Below the pieces are notes generated by a model. It was not told the origin of the DNA. It saw only the letters and a program-made list of their open reading frames with translations, and did no database searches. 64,000 nucleotides of DNA from positions 186,001 to 250,000 of the forward strand of contig NC_042998.1 of assembly GCF_006345805.1 (NCBI RefSeq). The letters are read 5' to 3'. Both the position numbers and the translations under genes were made by a program. The stretch is from Octopus sinensis (lineage: Eukaryota). Shown here piece after piece: positions 63,363-64,000 of this stretch. Numbering within the stretch: position 1 is the stretch's first letter; each line of letters starts with the position of its first letter.

Positions 63363-63491
63363 TTTTTTTTCTTCTTTCAAATTTTCTTCCATTTCTTGCC
63401 GAGTGTCTTCCCGACTCCTAGGGCAAAGAAACTCATAGTGTATATTGGTAGGCCATTAAATCAAACTCAGTAGTTCGTTCATTTTAAAAAA

Positions 63492-64000
63492 TTTTTTTTT
63501 TTTTTTAAAGTTAAATTAAAATACATGAGCAGCAACAGTTCTCACATCGACAATGCTCTTCTCAATACGTGTGATGTACCAGTTAAGACAATCTTTTGCA
63601 CTTCTTGCAGGGATGGTAAGCCAGGGATCATTCTCATATAATTTTCGGTTCCCTTCTTGATCATTCCTAGTGCTCCTACGATCACTGGTATTGTAACCGC
63701 CTTGAGATGCCACATTTTCTCAATTTCAATGAGTAGGTCTTTATATTTTCTGAGCTTGTCAAACTCTTTCGCTGAGATATTATGATCACAGGGGATGCTC
63801 ATGTCGATCAATAAGCAAACTTTATTGTTTTGGTCTTTCACAACAATATCTGGTTTATTGGCCTTGATGGTTCGGTCTGTATGTACTGGAAAGTCCCACA
63901 GAATGGTTACATTTTCTCCTTCAGTTACAGCCTCAGGGTGGTGATTATACCACTTGTCGGCAGTTTTGATATTGTAATGCCGACTTATTAGCCAGTGGAG
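63492..64000 (-). mobile_element. 3' end of an R4/Dong-like non-LTR retrotransposon (RLE endonuclease), young copy cut by the window edge
   Basis: Uninterrupted frame 64000-63542 (152 aa plus stop): LHWLISRHY...ILWDFPVHTDRTIKANKPDIVVKDQNNKVCLLIDMSIP...KYKDL...IPVIVGALG...LTGTSHVLRRALSM*. A short 3' UTR and a 15-nt poly(A) (poly-T at 63492-63506) follow. Confidence 0.92.

Overview
AT-rich, microsatellite-dense eukaryotic DNA. The SINE/LINE repertoire looks like a coleoid cephalopod (Octopus-like), but the species assignment is inference from recognised repeat families. There are no prokaryotic features, no CRISPR array, and no rRNA or true tRNA genes. Only one host coding exon is supportable: a calcium-binding EGF exon on the minus strand at 59601-59827, which reads through to a GPI-signal-like hydrophobic tail. 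The rest is largely a transposon graveyard: several tRNA-derived SINE families, RTE LINE 3' ends with minisatellite-bearing tails, R4/Dong-like (RLE) LINE fragments mostly embedded in (AAT)n, a Penelope GIY-YIG remnant, a full-length fossil hAT transposon with TIRs and an 8-bp TSD, piggyBac- and pogo-type MITEs, and Helentron-type non-autonomous elements. The most striking unexplained structures are (i) nine 165-550 bp inverted-repeat (hairpin) elements, most carrying minimal type I hammerhead-ribozyme cores, and (ii) a CpG-retaining tandem array of CCAAT+CRE modules ending in a TATA-like box at 25.6-26.1 kb. Nearly all ORFs in the supplied track are artefacts of microsatellites or repeats. 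All alignments were done by eye, so boundaries of diverged repeats are approximate.
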